A stretch of 64,000 nucleotides of DNA from Callorhinchus milii (GCF_018977255.1 NW_024704742.1:103046001-103110000), one strand, 5' to 3'; positions 51,260-64,000 are shown, counted from the first letter of the stretch. A program made the numbers and translations. The notes: generated by a model from the letters alone, not told the origin.

Positions 51260-51624
51260 GTGGAGTCCTGTAGAGTGTTGGTTAGAGCACTCACTTCACG
51301 AGTGAGTGAACCTGGTTTGATTCCCAGGTGAAACCTTAGGCAAGTTTCCTTACTCTGCACTCCTTTATTTACCCAGCAGTAAGTAGGAACCTGATTGTTA
51401 GCCAATTGGTGGATACGCTTTTCCGGGGTAATAATCCCTTAAAAAAAAGGTGGTCACTCAATCCCCGACTGTTTGTGAGACACCGCTATGCACAATTGGT
51501 TGCTGTATTTCGCCTACAAAATATACAGTCAATTCACCTAACAATATATTCTGCAAAGTGCTTTGAGATGTCTCAACGATGTGATAAGGCGCTATATCAA
51601 ATGCAAGGATTATTATTATTATTA
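51260..51624 (+). mobile_element. tRNA-derived SINE, old long subfamily
   Basis: Head plus long segment tttacccagcagtaagtaggaacctgattgttag, body and tail. Confidence 0.88.
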
Positions 51625-52057
51625 GATTATATCAGATCTCTGAATCGATCTGATTGATCTGCAAGCGCTCTGGGACGCTACCCTGCGTGAGTGGCTCCAT
51701 ATAAATTCAGGTTGTTGTTGTTGTAGTTGTTGAATTCCACTGCCCTCCGTATATTTTAATATCTTTATTTTCCAAGTATCTATCCCTTGCCCTTTTAAAG
51801 GAAGAAGGATGCAGGATTGTGTTGGTGTGAAGTGAATCAGAGTGTGAGAAATGTCAGGTCGTGACATGGTCTTTTCACTTTCACAATTCAGAATAACAGT
51901 CAGCTAGCTGCTCCTTCGTAATATTTGACACTACCGTCAAGTAAAATATTAACGCTGAGGTTAACCTTCCATCATAACGTCATTTAATGTCTGCAATATT
52001 ATAATGGATTTGTCTATTCAGCATCTATACTTTGGATGAGAAACAGGAGAAGGATTA

Positions 52058-52137
52058 GAGAGAGAGAGAGAGAGATTCGTTTTAACAGGGAGAGAGAGAG
52101 GGAATGTGCTTCTGTGTGACACATAAAGAGAGATATA

Positions 52138-52170
<33 letters not shown>
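52058..52170. repeat. (AG)n and (TG)15 microsatellites
   Basis: AG runs at about 52058-52075 and 52091-52100; TG run 52141-52170. Confidence 0.95.
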
Positions 52171-52173
<3 letters not shown>

Positions 52174-54276
52174 TCATTTTTGACATTTGTAAAAGCCTGA
52201 AAAATACAAACAAAAATCTAGCGTGAGATACCATCTCCACAGTTCACTTTCCAGCCTTTTTACCACATAGTCGTAACTTCTGAAAATTGTGAATTAGTGC
52301 ATGTTGCAAATTATCAGGAACCACAATTAATTATTTTGGCAAATCGCCCCCACCACCCCATTGTGATTTGTTTGTTAAAAAGAAAAATAACAAAATCAGT
52401 TTCCATAAGGGTCAGTTCTCTTCTTTCCATACATTGCATTTGATATAACGTCTTATCACATTGTTGAGATGCCTCAAAGCGCCTCACAGAATATATTGTA
52501 AAGTTGATTGACTATGTATTTTGTGGGTGAAATATACCTAATGCCTAATGTACCTGGATGTGTAAGAGCCCTTATGAGCTCCACTCCCCCAAACACTGAT
52601 CTCAGTAGTGAAGTCTATGTAGCAGGTTACCAGCACTGTCCTGCTGGCTTTGATGGACAGTTAGTTGGTTGCTGCAATTTTAGGAAAATGATGGTACTTT
52701 CAGAGTAGCTGTTATCCTGCTAATCAACAGTTAAATTGTGGAATTCATCCACCAGAAGTTTTAAGGCTTCTCAGAAGTCCTGGTAATAAAACTTGCATTT
52801 AATATACTCTCAAAGTGCTGTAATTGTAGTTACTGTCAAATGTAGCGGCTGCTTTTGTAGTCAAATGCAGCAGCTAGAAGAAAGATCCCTCTAACAGCCA
52901 GGCAGTGAATGACCAAATAATCCGCCCACTTTAATGCACTAAACATACAATCCACTGTTAAATTGACCTCAGTGTAAAAGATGGTTCAGAGAATTTTGAA
53001 TCATGTTGATATCAGATTGATTCTTGGTTTCTCTCAGAACTGTCCCTATTATTTAGTTATAATTCCCTTTCCTCCTTCAAGGCCCTCCTCTTCAACCACG
53101 TCTTCGGTCGCCCTCCTACCCCCACCCTCCCTGCCCTCCAACACGCTTGATCCCAACCCCCAGTTCAGGCGCAAAAAACCTCTACTGTCCAGCACCTCAG
53201 GGCTTCCTCTTGACATACACATGTAATGCTTTGTTGTTATTAAAAACAGCGCTCATAGATTCAGAGTGAGACATGTAGCCTGGATGTGCCCAGTACAATC
53301 TGTGCATTGGTCATTCATCTCAGTGGCTCCCTTATTTTTAAACCTACGCAGACCAATAATTGCAGCACATTTGGGTTATTTTGCATTGAATATAGTGATG
53401 CTGTTCAAATGTTTCCTGACTGTGTCGTGGAAAGTTAAAGGGCAGTTCCTGAGTGAAATAAAAAGACATTGAAATTCTTATAACTCTCTTGAGTTCTGCA
53501 CAAAACACAAACATTGTGGCCTGTCTCACAAAACCTGGCTGAGTATAAGGCAATTTGAATTTCAAAGCGCTCACAGCTTCGTGTTTTACATAGATCCTAA
53601 ACAATAGGCAATCGTGCTCCTTTTAAAGACCATGTTCTCTACAACAGAAGTTTAAATCACTATGTTCTCCATCATCTTTGGCAGTTTAATCGTGTTGTCT
53701 CTTTATGGGGTAGAATTAATGCTCTGCTACGCGTTGCCAAAAAGGGTGTTATTTAGTCTTTTGCTATTGCTGAAAGAACTGTAAGTGACAAAGACAACAC
53801 CAAACTGAATGCAAAGGAAGTATTGCTGTGTCCACAGCTACACAGTGGCCAAAATAGTCTTATAGCTGAAATCAGTACTACTGTGCAGAACTGAAACATT
53901 TTATGTTATGCAATTCGAGGGGAAAATCATAACTTTCAGTAATAATGCAACAACTGCACCCCTTTATACAAAATAATACCTTTACAACAAAATATCATTG
54001 GTCAGACTTATGGTCCATGTGTTACTTCATGTCCATGTGAATGAGCAACAAGTGGATTTCCATCCCTCCAATCCCCCATCCCCAGATATTTTGTTAGCAA
54101 TTGTGTGCCACGTGTTTTTAAGACCTGAAAAATATTTTTTTCTTGAATGTTTTTTGGTATTTTCTCTGATTAGCATAAAACCTTCTGTATCGGTGCATCT
54201 TTGGGGAACTTTAGCTCACCAACCTTTAAGCAATTAATAAGTGGTTCTGTTCTGTAACAAATCCACCTATGTGCAA

Positions 54277-54650
54277 CCTGGCCTAGTTTATAGCACTGTT
54301 ACCTCTGAGTCAGAAGTTTGAGGGTTCAAGTCCAATAATGGGCATATAGTAGAGTCTGACACTCCAATGCAGTATTGGGGGATTGCCACCTCACATGAAA
54401 TGTTAATCTGAGGTCCTATCTTCCTGTTCAGATAGATTAAAAAATGTTTTACCAGTGTCCTGGCCAATAATCTCCCAGATACAATTAATCATTCACTTCA
54501 TTGTTGTTTTTAGGATGTTGCTGTGGACACATTAATTGTAAATACACAGTCACAACACTTCACAGTAAAATCCCATGAAGTGCTTGGATGATGATGACTT
54601 GATGATTTGATAAGGTGCTATATCCATTTTAAGGATTATTATTGTTATTA
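54277..54650 (+). mobile_element. Deu-domain SINE
   Basis: cctctgagtcagaagtttgagggttcaagtcc head; tgacactccaatgcagta; ccagtgtcctggccaa; tail. Confidence 0.72.
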
Positions 54651-54749
54651 TAGAGTGACCTTCCTATCATGAATGCTTTTGTTCTTAAATGTCGTTTTTA
54701 TCTCTTTCTTCCCACCTTCCAATGAAAGAAAACATCACTATTGAAATGG

Positions 54750-54995
54750 AACAAAAACAGACTTCGCTGGGAACACTCGACAAGTCAGGCAGCAGCTATG
54801 GAGAAAGGAAAGTGAGTCAATGTTTCGGGTCCACAACCCTTTGTCAGAAGGGACAAACTGTTCTGACTAAGGGTCATGGACCTGAAACGTTGACCCACTT
54901 TCCTTTCTTCATAGATGCTGCCTGACCTGCTGAGTCTTCCCAGCAACTTCTGTTTTTGTTTTAGATTTCCAGCATCTGCAGTATTTTGTGTTTTG
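54750..54995. mobile_element. Penelope-type palindromic repeat with degenerate hammerhead motifs
   Basis: Arms 54750-54849 and 54861-54960 are inverted copies around an 11-nt spacer; ctgactaagggtcatggacctgaaacgtt. Confidence 0.7.
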
Positions 54996-56059
54996 TTTAT
55001 ACTATTGAATTGGAACCTGGATTGTCTGTGTTTTCAGGTGGTTTGTAAGAGGAAGCTACAGGACAGGGAAAGATCATCGTGGTTCCATCTGACTCATCCC
55101 AAATTCAAAATTTATTGGATCTTAGATCCATCATTTATCATCATTTATCTCTCTAGTTTCCCTTTGAATTTGCTTACAATGTCTGAGTAAGCCTGGTTAT
55201 ATGAGATTGAGAAAAAATGCTATCTCTTTTTAGACTGCTTTAAGATGTTTTGTTAAAAATATTATGTTATGTTATGTAATTTTTTTATATAATAATTTGA
55301 TAATATAAAAATGTAACTGTTTGTGGGACACTACTCTGTGCAATTGGCTGCCATGTTTTACCCACAATCCACTTTACAATATATTCTGTGAAGCGCTTTG
55401 GAACGTTTCAACGACGTGATAAGGCGCTACATCAAATGTAAGAAGGATTATTATAATGTCTCCAATGATGTGATAATGTGCTATATCAAATAGAAAGATT
55501 AAGTGAACAGGAAAAAGAGCGAAGTGTGTATCCAGGCACTGAGAGTGTAGGGCTTTTGCAGTCTCAGATGTGAACCTCACACTCCAAGAGGCTATCAATC
55601 ACAATCGATCTTAAAAGAACAAGCCACCAGGAGGCTGATCAAAGATTTCTATCTACACACAATGGCAACTTTCATGTCACCCGCTCAGATCAAAGAGTAT
55701 TTTCAATGTATACGTGGCCAGATTTTACTAGTCTTGAGTGGAGCTGAATGATTTTATGTGGGAAGCAACTGGCTCCTGAGCCATATGAGATTCATCACCA
55801 AGACAACATTATGATTAAGCCAGCTGTGGAATCACTTTTACATCTACAAGAATTCCTCACTTTAAGCAAATTGAAATTGTTCATTATTTACAACAATTTG
55901 CATTTATATAGCGCCTTTCATGTAGTTATAGTCTGTTCAGGTGAACGTTAAAGATCCCATGTCACTATTCAAAAAGAAAAAGGGAGTTTCACCTGATGTC
56001 CGGCTAACAATCCCCCACATGAAATTGATTATTCACATCATGGCTTTTCGCTTGTATTT

Positions 56060-56630
56060 CAAGCCTCGCCCACGCCTTCTTCACTTCCTGGCTGGACTAT
56101 TCCAATTCCCTCCTCGCTGATCTCCCCAGCTCCACCATACGCAAAATTCATTTAATCCAAAACTCTGCTGCCTGGATACTCACCCGCACAAAACTCCGTA
56201 CCCCATCATACAAGTCCTTGCCAGGCTCCACTGACTCCCAATTACTGAATGGATCGATTTTGAGATCCTTTCACTCATTTTCAAATCCTTTCATGCCTTG
56301 GTATCTCCCTACCTATCGAATCTGTTTACCCCCCCACTCCAGCACCCGCTGGATCCAGCCTCTTTTTTGTCCCTCGTCCCTTCCGCTCCACCATCGGTAA
56401 CCATACCTTCAGCTACTATGCCCCGAAACTCTGGAACTCTCTCTCTCTCAATCCCATGGCCTTGCCCACTCCCTCCCCACCTTCAAATCTTGCTTAAAGA
56501 TCTTTCTTTTTGATCGTGCTTACTCTCCCCCTCCCTTCTCCCCCGGCTCAGCGTCAGACTCCACCACTGTCAAGCACTCTGGGAGGCTACCCTGCGTAAA
56601 AGGCCCTATATAAATGCAAGTTGTTGTTGA
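56060..56630 (+). mobile_element. L2 3' fragment, second family, decayed
   Basis: gctggactattccaattccctcctcgc; caaaactctgctgcc; aggctccactg; tataaatgcaagttgttgttg. Confidence 0.8.
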
Positions 56631-56689
56631 TCATGTAGCACCTACAATGCTGAAACATCTCTAAGTGCTTCATAGATAATTGCTGTCGA

Positions 56690-57058
56690 CTCATAGGTTC
56701 CACAAACAACCATGAAGTGAATGACCAATTTATCTGGAGGTATGATCAGGACTCTAGGAGAAACTCCCCTTCTCATTTTGAATGGTGTCACATTCACCTA
56801 ACCAAACAGACAGAACCTTGGTTAATGTTCCATCTGAAGTAAACCAAGATCCTGCCTGTCTGTTCAGATAGATGTTAAAGATTTCAACAGAGAAGGGAGT
56901 TTCTCCTGGTGTCTTGGTCACACCTCTGACACTGCAGCATTACCCAATATTACACTGCAGCTAGCCAGCAATTTAAGCTCAAGTCTTGATGTGGTGTTTG
57001 AACCCACAACCTTCAGGGCGAGAATGAAAAGACACTATGAACTGAGTCAAGCTGACAC
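56690..57058 (-). mobile_element. Deu-domain SINE containing an opposite-strand Deu segment (about 56840-56920)
   Basis: Minus-strand body, then plus-strand taaaccaagatcctgcctgtctgttcag..ctcctggtgtc, then minus-strand head. Confidence 0.55.
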
Positions 57059-57150
57059 CTAGCATAAAGTATGTGTGTTTGCTAAGGGAGCTTCTCGCAA
57101 GACTTTATACAGGAGAAGTGTTTGAAAAATCTTTTAAATATACTTGCATA

Positions 57151-57372
57151 GGGAGAAATTCCACCAGAGTCTCGATTTACAAATTTATGGAACATGCAGA
57201 ATTTGGCAAATTCTTCAATAATTTTTAATTATTTTAAAAACTACTGAAAACAACAGATACTACAGAAAAATGGTTTCAAAGTTAGACTGAATTCAACAAA
57301 TTTGGCAAATTTTGAACATGCTGAAATGCTACACAAATGAAATAATTCTAGACCCAGGCAGAATTTCTCCCC
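57151..57372. mobile_element. MITE-like element with about 22-bp imperfect terminal inverted repeats
   Basis: gggagaaattccaccagagtct versus the reverse complement of the right end gggagaaattctgcctgggtct (18/22). TA on the left flank. Confidence 0.55.
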
Positions 57373-57789
57373 AGTAATATGTGAAAAGCCTCCTTAAAGG
57401 TTACCTTGATAGGTTGTGTTGAGGCATAATGCAGCCAGTGCTTGTTAGTGGATGAGGCATCAACCAGTATTATATAGTTATAATATTATAATACTTATAC
57501 AGTATTGTACAACGGAGACAGATGCTGCATTTTTCAGTCCAGCAAAACAGCACGATCAGGACTTGTTGAAACAAAATCATTATTTTATGTGTCACCAGCT
57601 TGCTGCATTCAGATTTCAGTACTTTGACAGATCTCCAGGGCTCCACCAGACTGTACAGTTACATTTAACTTTGCTCTTCGAGGCATGCTCCTTGCCTCGA
57701 AGACACTATATAAATGTAAATTGCATTGCATCTGTCTACACAGATCGGTGCATGTATCTGCATGCTCCATTCGTAACATTTTTTTAATT

Positions 57790-58110
57790 AAGTAACGTGG
57801 TTGTGAGTTTAAGCCTCACATCTAGACTGACATTGCTGTGCAGATTGGTGGAACACTGCAGTGCTGAAGGTGCTGCCATTCGGATGAAATGTCAAACCGA
57901 GGTCCCATCTGCTTGTTCCAGTGAGCATTGGGGATCTTATGACACTATTTGAAAAAAAATACTTTTTCCTGGGGCCTGATCAATTATCCTCTAGATTTAT
58001 TGGCTTTTCGAGGGTCCTTGCTGGTGCAGATGGCTACTGTTTTTACTGCAAAACGCAATCACAAAATTTGACATGATGCTTATGAAGTGCTTTCAGATGT
58101 TTTGACATGG
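57790..58110 (+). mobile_element. Deu-domain SINE, decayed
   Basis: gctgaaggtgctgccattcggatgaaatgtcaaaccgaggtcccatctgc..gacactatttgaa. Confidence 0.65.
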
Positions 58111-59191
58111 TAAGTTCCTTCTTTTCTTATACTTAGTACAGTCATGTTTATATAGAACCTACTCATTCTCCAGTGATACCTGTTTATACTGCTATTAAGT
58201 ACTGCAATATTGCCGACAAATGGCAGTATTTATAGCACACAAGGAGGCTATTTAGCCCATTCAACCAATTTTAGTGCCACACCTGCACTACTCTCATCCC
58301 AATTCTCTCTTCCTCCCCCACAACGATAGATATTGCTCTTCTTCAAATGCTTATCTAAATCCTTTGAAAATATTGTCACAGTCTCAATTCAGTTGTGGCA
58401 AAGCATTCTATGCAGTAAACAAAAACATTGTGAATTGTGGGGGGTTATCAGTAGTCATAAGTATCACATTGTTAAAAGTTCTATCCTGTCCATATATCTC
58501 TAAAGTCATTAACTCATCAAGGCTCTCTTCTCCTCACCTCTCACCAGGCCTGATGCATGCTTTGAGGTTGATGTCAGCCCTTGGAGTTCATTCAAATTTC
58601 CAGGAACTGGGCAATGGCAGTGGAGTGCTACTTAATGGGAGACCAGCTTTATTCTGATATATTTGTGGAGTTGTTGGCATCGCTCTTCCTGAGTCGCCTC
58701 ATTCTGTTTTCAATTGGTTTCCCAGACTCTTTCCTGTGAGGTGAATTTTGTGAGTAGGCTATTGCTGAGCTCTCCGACCCCCTTTTATTACGTGGTCAGG
58801 AAGCTCCTGCCTGTACTGCCAGTGGCTGCTGGTCTGTTTTGTGCCAAGTCAAAACCTGGCTTCAGCTGCTTTGATGCCTAGAATAAGAACATGCAATAGT
58901 ACATTAAATCCCACTGGTGTTAACCTAGATTTCTATGTAATCCTTTCCAATGAACACCCACATAGTCGTGATTGACCTTTTGTAGATGTATAATGCCTCC
59001 AAAAATATCTGGGATTGTGAATTTATTGCTGTGGTGCATCACAATTCAGCATCTTTGAGATGTTTATTCTTTACAATGTCTTTAAAAAGAGGGTTATGTT
59101 GAGGTTGCTTCATCAGATCATAATTTTAAAAATTGTATTTGATATAGTGCCTTTCTTGAGGGGCGGACATCTCAAAAACCTTCACAAGATG

Positions 59192-59515
59192 TAATAATAA
59201 TAATAATAATCCTTGCATTTGATATAGCGCTTTTCACGTCGGGAGGACGTCCCAAAGTGCTTCACAGAACACACTGTAAAGTGAATTGACTGTATATTTG
59301 TGGGCGAACGCGGCAGCCAATTGCGCACAGCAATGTCCCACAAACAGTCGTAGGTTGAAAATGACCAATTTATTATTGTTTTGGTTTTTGGAGGGATTAT
59401 TATTAGGCGTGTGGAGTAAGGAAACTTGCCCAAGGTTTCGCCCTCTGCCTGGAATTGAACCCAGGTCTCTCGCTTGCAAAGCGAGTGCTCTAACCACTGA
59501 GCTACAGGACTCCAC
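59192..59515 (-). mobile_element. tRNA-Ala SINE, young short subfamily, nested in an older SINE
   Basis: Full reverse-complement copy. Older SINE pieces at about 59130-59190 and 59545-59635. Confidence 0.95.
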
Positions 59516-59780
59516 AAGAAGTGCTAAGAAGTGTAGTGTACTAAGAAGTGTAGTGACTGTATATTTTATAAGTGAACGCAGCAGCCAATTGGTGCTCAAC
59601 AATGTCCTACAAACAGCCATGAAGTGAATGACTTATTTTTATTCCAAAAAAAATAGTGAATTAATATAAAAGAACTGTACAACATGTTCTTGTTCTGTTC
59701 CAGTCGGTAACTATTTTCAGTTACAATACTCATCACAGCAATATCACACCAGCATTGTAATTTGCCTGATGGCTTTACGT

Positions 59781-60178
59781 CAGTGGTAAACAACCTTTTT
59801 GGCTGGCCAGCAAAATAAATTTTCTTGATTGACTATTTTGTGCCACAAATCAGGATAATAATAATAATACTTGCATTTTCACGTCTGCTAGACATCTCAA
59901 AGCACTTCACAGAATATACTGTAAAGTGAATTGACTATATATTTCTGGGCGAAATGCAGCAGCCAAATTGCGTACAGCAGTGTCCCACAAACAGTCGTGG
60001 ATTGAAGTGACCAATTTTTTTTATTATTGTTTTATTCTTGAGGGATTATTATTAGGCGTGTGGAGTAAGGAAACTTGCCCAAGGTTTCCCCCTGCCGGGA
60101 ATCGAACCCAGGTCTCACGCTTGAGAGGTGAGTGCTCTAACCACTGATCTACAGGATATCATTGGTTGGCCACCACTG
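59781..60178. mobile_element. hAT (Charlie-like) MITE carrying a nested SINE
   Basis: Termini cagtggtaaacaacc and ggttggccaccactg. 8-bp flanks ctttacgt and ctctatgt (6/8). Confidence 0.6.
59855..60156 (-). mobile_element. tRNA-derived SINE (short type)
   Basis: Reverse-complement copy from (taa)n tail to ctacagga. Confidence 0.9.
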
Positions 60179-60869
60179 CTCTATGTGTTTAGAAAATGCT
60201 GGTTTTGTTGAGTGAATTTTGTTGTTAGATTGTAAAATCAGCATTAGCAGTACACTGGCTTTGGCAAAGGGGGAAGGGGGCATAAATATTCATAATATTC
60301 AATGAATATTGTTGTGGTTTTAGTTTGTTACATTACAACAGTACCCCTCATGCACAATCTGAAGTCCCTCAGCCTCTTGTCAGCCTGTATCTAATACTTC
60401 CCGGAATTAGGAGATTTCCCTGTGTGGCACGTGTTTGTAGAACTCTCAGTCTGGTTTGGTTTCTCTTAAGCATGGTAATGGGTTTCTGCATGTCAAGCAA
60501 TTGGCTGACGAAAAAATTGCTGGATGATACAAACACTTGACCTCGTGAAAGGTCAGGATTGGGCTTGAATGTGATGGCTTACATAGTCTGCCAAAGCTAA
60601 GCTCAAACATGGCCACTTGGATACTGACCAGCAACTCACATTAGGGAACTATACTGCAACAAAGAATTGTGGCCTCCTTTTCCTTTTTTAAAAAAATCCT
60701 GATGCTTTATGACTTCATGATACAAATCCATGGGAACATGCATCAGAAAAAACGTGGACCAATGTTACATTGTCTTCTGTATCAGGGAATTAGGCACGTG
60801 GACAGATACTGTTGGGATAAAAACCCTCAGTTCAATGCCACATACATGAGGTGACAAGGATGCATTATA

Positions 60870-61176
60870 GACCTTGGTTTGATTCCCAGCAGGGAGAAAC
60901 ATTGGGTAAGTTTCCTTACTCCACACGCCTCTGTTTACCAAGCAGTAAATAGGAACCTGGGTGTTAGTTGATTGGCTTTTCCGGGTGTAATAATCCCTTC
61001 AAATTTTTAAAAATAATAATAGTTATTTTATCACTCAATCCACAACTGTGTATGAGACACTGCTTTGCGCAATTAGCTGCCCACAAAACATAGTCAATTA
61101 ATTTTACAGTACAGTCTTTGAAGTGCATTGAGATGTCTCGTAGACCTGATAAGGAGCTAGTATTATTATTATTATT
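60870..61176 (+). mobile_element. tRNA-derived SINE, old long subfamily, 5'-truncated
   Basis: ctccacacgcct-ctgtttaccaagcagtaaataggaacctgg..-taataatccc. Confidence 0.8.
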
Positions 61177-61680
61177 TACAGATGAATCAAAATGTAGTAC
61201 AGAGTATGTCACCAGAGCTGTCCATGAATTACTTTACAATATGAAGTCAGGGAACTTCTGGAGAGGAAAGGAGATGAAAAAGGAGAGAGAGGGAATGTAA
61301 GGCAAAGAGGGTAGGTCACCCAAATTTGTTGGGCCACTGGTAGAGATAAGTTGACCTGCAAACATTTGACATTGATGTCAATGCTGAGCCCTCGTGAGGC
61401 AAATGAATGACATAAATGAATGGTACCTTGCAAGAGACACCCTTTCTATCTTGAGATTCTTTTTTCTGATCCACACACCATTTACTATACGGTTACCTGA
61501 CAAGCATTTTTAACTCCCTGCTTCAACTCCAATACTATATGTATTTTCTCCAACTCTGCATCAACCAGTTGATTGAACGTTTTGAAAAAAACAAAAGATT
61601 TTAAATGTGCTCTCAGTTAACTCTGTTCAGCTCAAAAATTGTGCGTCAAACCAAAATTTGTGGTGACTGAAAATATAGCA

Positions 61681-63076
61681 AATATAAATTTATCTCAAAA
61701 GATTTACGGAATTTTGAAATAAACTACTTGCTGAAAAGACACTGAAGTGTATAGAATAATGTCTGATGGTGCTGAAAACCTTTCATTTTGTTATTAGATT
61801 TAAACACGCCTGCTCCAAACCCAGACAGCTGGGATTTGCAACCCTACACAACCCTCGCTGGCCAGAGTGCAAACCAGGGCAACAGCTGTGATCCGTTAAT
61901 GACAAAGCTGATGAAAAGCATCAACGTGAACAGTCTTTCTTGGAACTCTGCAGCTGGCCATGGACAGTGAGTGAGTGTATCACTTACATGGCTCACATCA
62001 GAAATCAGATGTCATTAAGGATGCAACAGATAGTTTTGACAATGAGAAATAAATGTGAGTAGAGAGTAGAAGAAAATTAATCGAGGAATGAAATGTTGTA
62101 GAGTTAGAGACTGAATGCAGAGAGAGGAAAGCAGAATCAGAGACTGAATGGAGGGAGATGAGAAAGTAGTTTAGAGACTGAATAGAGAGAAAGGTCAGGA
62201 AGTAGACAACCAGATTTCGGTTTGTGCTGCACCATTGTTTTTGAAAAGAGAAGTATTAAACCCTATTTCAAATCTAGGGTTTGCATATTTAATGCATCAA
62301 AAAGTGACACATCCCCGGGTGTCTTATTATAGTCAGATCTTCCCCTTAGTCTGATTGATGTCAGAACAAACAAGGGGGAACGATGTTTGGAAAAGTGAGG
62401 GGATGAATGGAAACCTGCTTGTCCCTGGCACCCATTTCAATGTTCTATGAAGCTGAGATAAACCCAATGAAGCTTTACACACTGTGTCACCTGCCTCAAT
62501 ACCTTGATTTGTATGGTTAATGCAATTGTCACATCACCCTACATGTGAACTACTGTAGTCAAGGGATAGCGTGGGAAGGAGGATAGAAGGGGAAATGCAG
62601 TGTAATTATCACATCACGTGTTATTCAAACAGATCTTGACTGCAGAATAAAATCATCCTTCATAGCTGGAGCATAGTAGGGAGATCCCAATCCAAATTCA
62701 CATTGTTTCATTCCTGCACCATAATTATATACTGGGTGGAAAAAAATTCACAAGGAATCCAAACCCGGTGTCATTCAAGCAAATGTAGTACTCAAAATGA
62801 TAGTCAGGTAATTCACCAACTCTGAACACCTCAACGAAATTGGTCACGACATAAAATAACAAAACAACTTCAATTTCTTTGAGAGATCCAAGCGTGTAAG
62901 CGTGATAAAAAGAACGTTGCTGTTTAAATATAGAAGGTTGGAGAAAATCCAATAACAAAAGGAAAGGTTTTCAGCATTTTCAGACATTATTCTATATGCT
63001 AAGTAAATATTTTAGGGTCTTTTCAGCAAGTAGTTTATTTAAAAATTCCATAAATCTTTTCAGATAAATTTGTATT
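61681..63076. repeat. Pair of about 120-130-bp inverted repeats (61681-61800 and 62946-63076)
   Basis: Shared blocks gaaaggttttcagca, tcagacattattctata, gtcttttcagcaagtagtttattt, taaatctttt.agataaattt. Confidence 0.8.
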
Positions 63077-63744
63077 GGTGAATGGTGATGATTCTTAAGC
63101 TCACCGAATGTTTGGGAAATTAATTGGAAAGATGTGGGTATCACTGGGAGAGGCAATGGAAGTCAAGGGAGGCAGTAATGGAGACGCCTACTGCTGCCTC
63201 AAAGAGAAGCCGGTTAATGGTGTCCAACAGTAGAAAAGTTGCTAAGTGACTTCTGAAAATTACTCCCCAATGGGAGTAACCATAGCAATGAGACAGACCT
63301 TTGAAAAACTGATAAAGTACAAAGTAAAAGTAAAAATTAGGACAAGACCCAGAAAAAAAATTAAAAGAAGAGAAAGTTATAAATACTGACTGAAGGGAGA
63401 TAGAAATTGCAGGGTTAGAGTTCCATATTTAGAAAATAATCTCGGTGGAAAAATTGAATTAAAGTTACTTTTGTTAACCCTGGAAAAATGTTGAGCCTTG
63501 CCACCGAGGAGGAAATGTCTGCTTTAAACAGATTAAATAAGAATAATCTTTGTATTTGATATAATACCTCTAATGGCAAAAAGCTTCAAACCACTTCAGA
63601 GTTTTATGCAAAGTGTAGTGACTGTGTATATGAGGGCAAACACTGCAAACAATTTACAGAAAGCAATATCTCACAAATAGCCACCAGGTGAATGACCAAC
63701 CATATGTGGAGGATTGTTTGCCAGGACACCCTGAGGATCATAAA

Positions 63745-64000
63745 GTTGATCCATTGGAGGGTAAGGAGCCAGTGGAGCCAGGTGGGGGTGTAGGATTGGA
63801 GACATGGAGTCTAGTGCAGAAAGCATATAGGACTTCTATTCTGGATGATCTGGAGGTTGTTGACGGTAGAACTGGAAAAAGCAGACAGTGTAGTGACTAT
63901 TTTGTAGGAAAACAGAGAGTTTAAAGAGAGTTGAGGGTTGAACAAAATGTCAAGGTTCCACATAGGCGCCGGGAGTTGGAGTTGGAGTGAACAAGTAAGG
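63745..64000 (-). mobile_element. Decayed L2 fragment running off the window
   Basis: ggagccagtggagcc and ttctggatgatctggagg are the antisense of LHWL and LQIIQN. Confidence 0.6.

Noticed and set aside
62725..62958. 77-aa minus-strand ORF
   Set aside because: Overlaps a probable transposon remnant and has no splice or homology support.
1..64000. A novel multi-gene biological system
   Set aside because: No intact non-transposon ORF cluster or RNA gene is supported. The structure is explained by layered transposon insertions.

Overview
This is eukaryotic, CpG-depleted, repeat-dense vertebrate DNA. The repeat set (tRNA-Ala SINEs with (TTA)n tails, Deu-domain SINEs, L2 and CR1 LINEs, a Tx1 fragment, Penelope-type palindromes) suggests a cartilaginous fish, possibly a chimaera; that taxon call is an inference. 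No intact host gene, rRNA, true tRNA gene or CRISPR array is supported. Nearly all long ORFs in the track are broken L2/CR1 reverse-transcriptase fragments, their antisense shadows, or SINE read-throughs. One weak candidate coding exon lies at 347-500. The window looks like a large intron or gene desert. I cannot support a new multi-gene system. The most interesting structure is in the repeats: (1) a modular tRNA-Ala/CORE-like/Deu/L2-tail SINE present as an old long and a young deleted subfamily beside its probable partner L2; (2) a 32-bp-stem foldback hairpin made from an L2 3' end; (3) a 100-bp-arm Penelope-type palindrome with degenerate hammerhead cores; (4) a CpG-rich 20-bp GC-box minisatellite between CCAAT and TATA motifs; (5) three pairs of unclassified repeats. 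Repeat family names come from remembered consensus motifs, not from a search. Boundaries of decayed elements are approximate.
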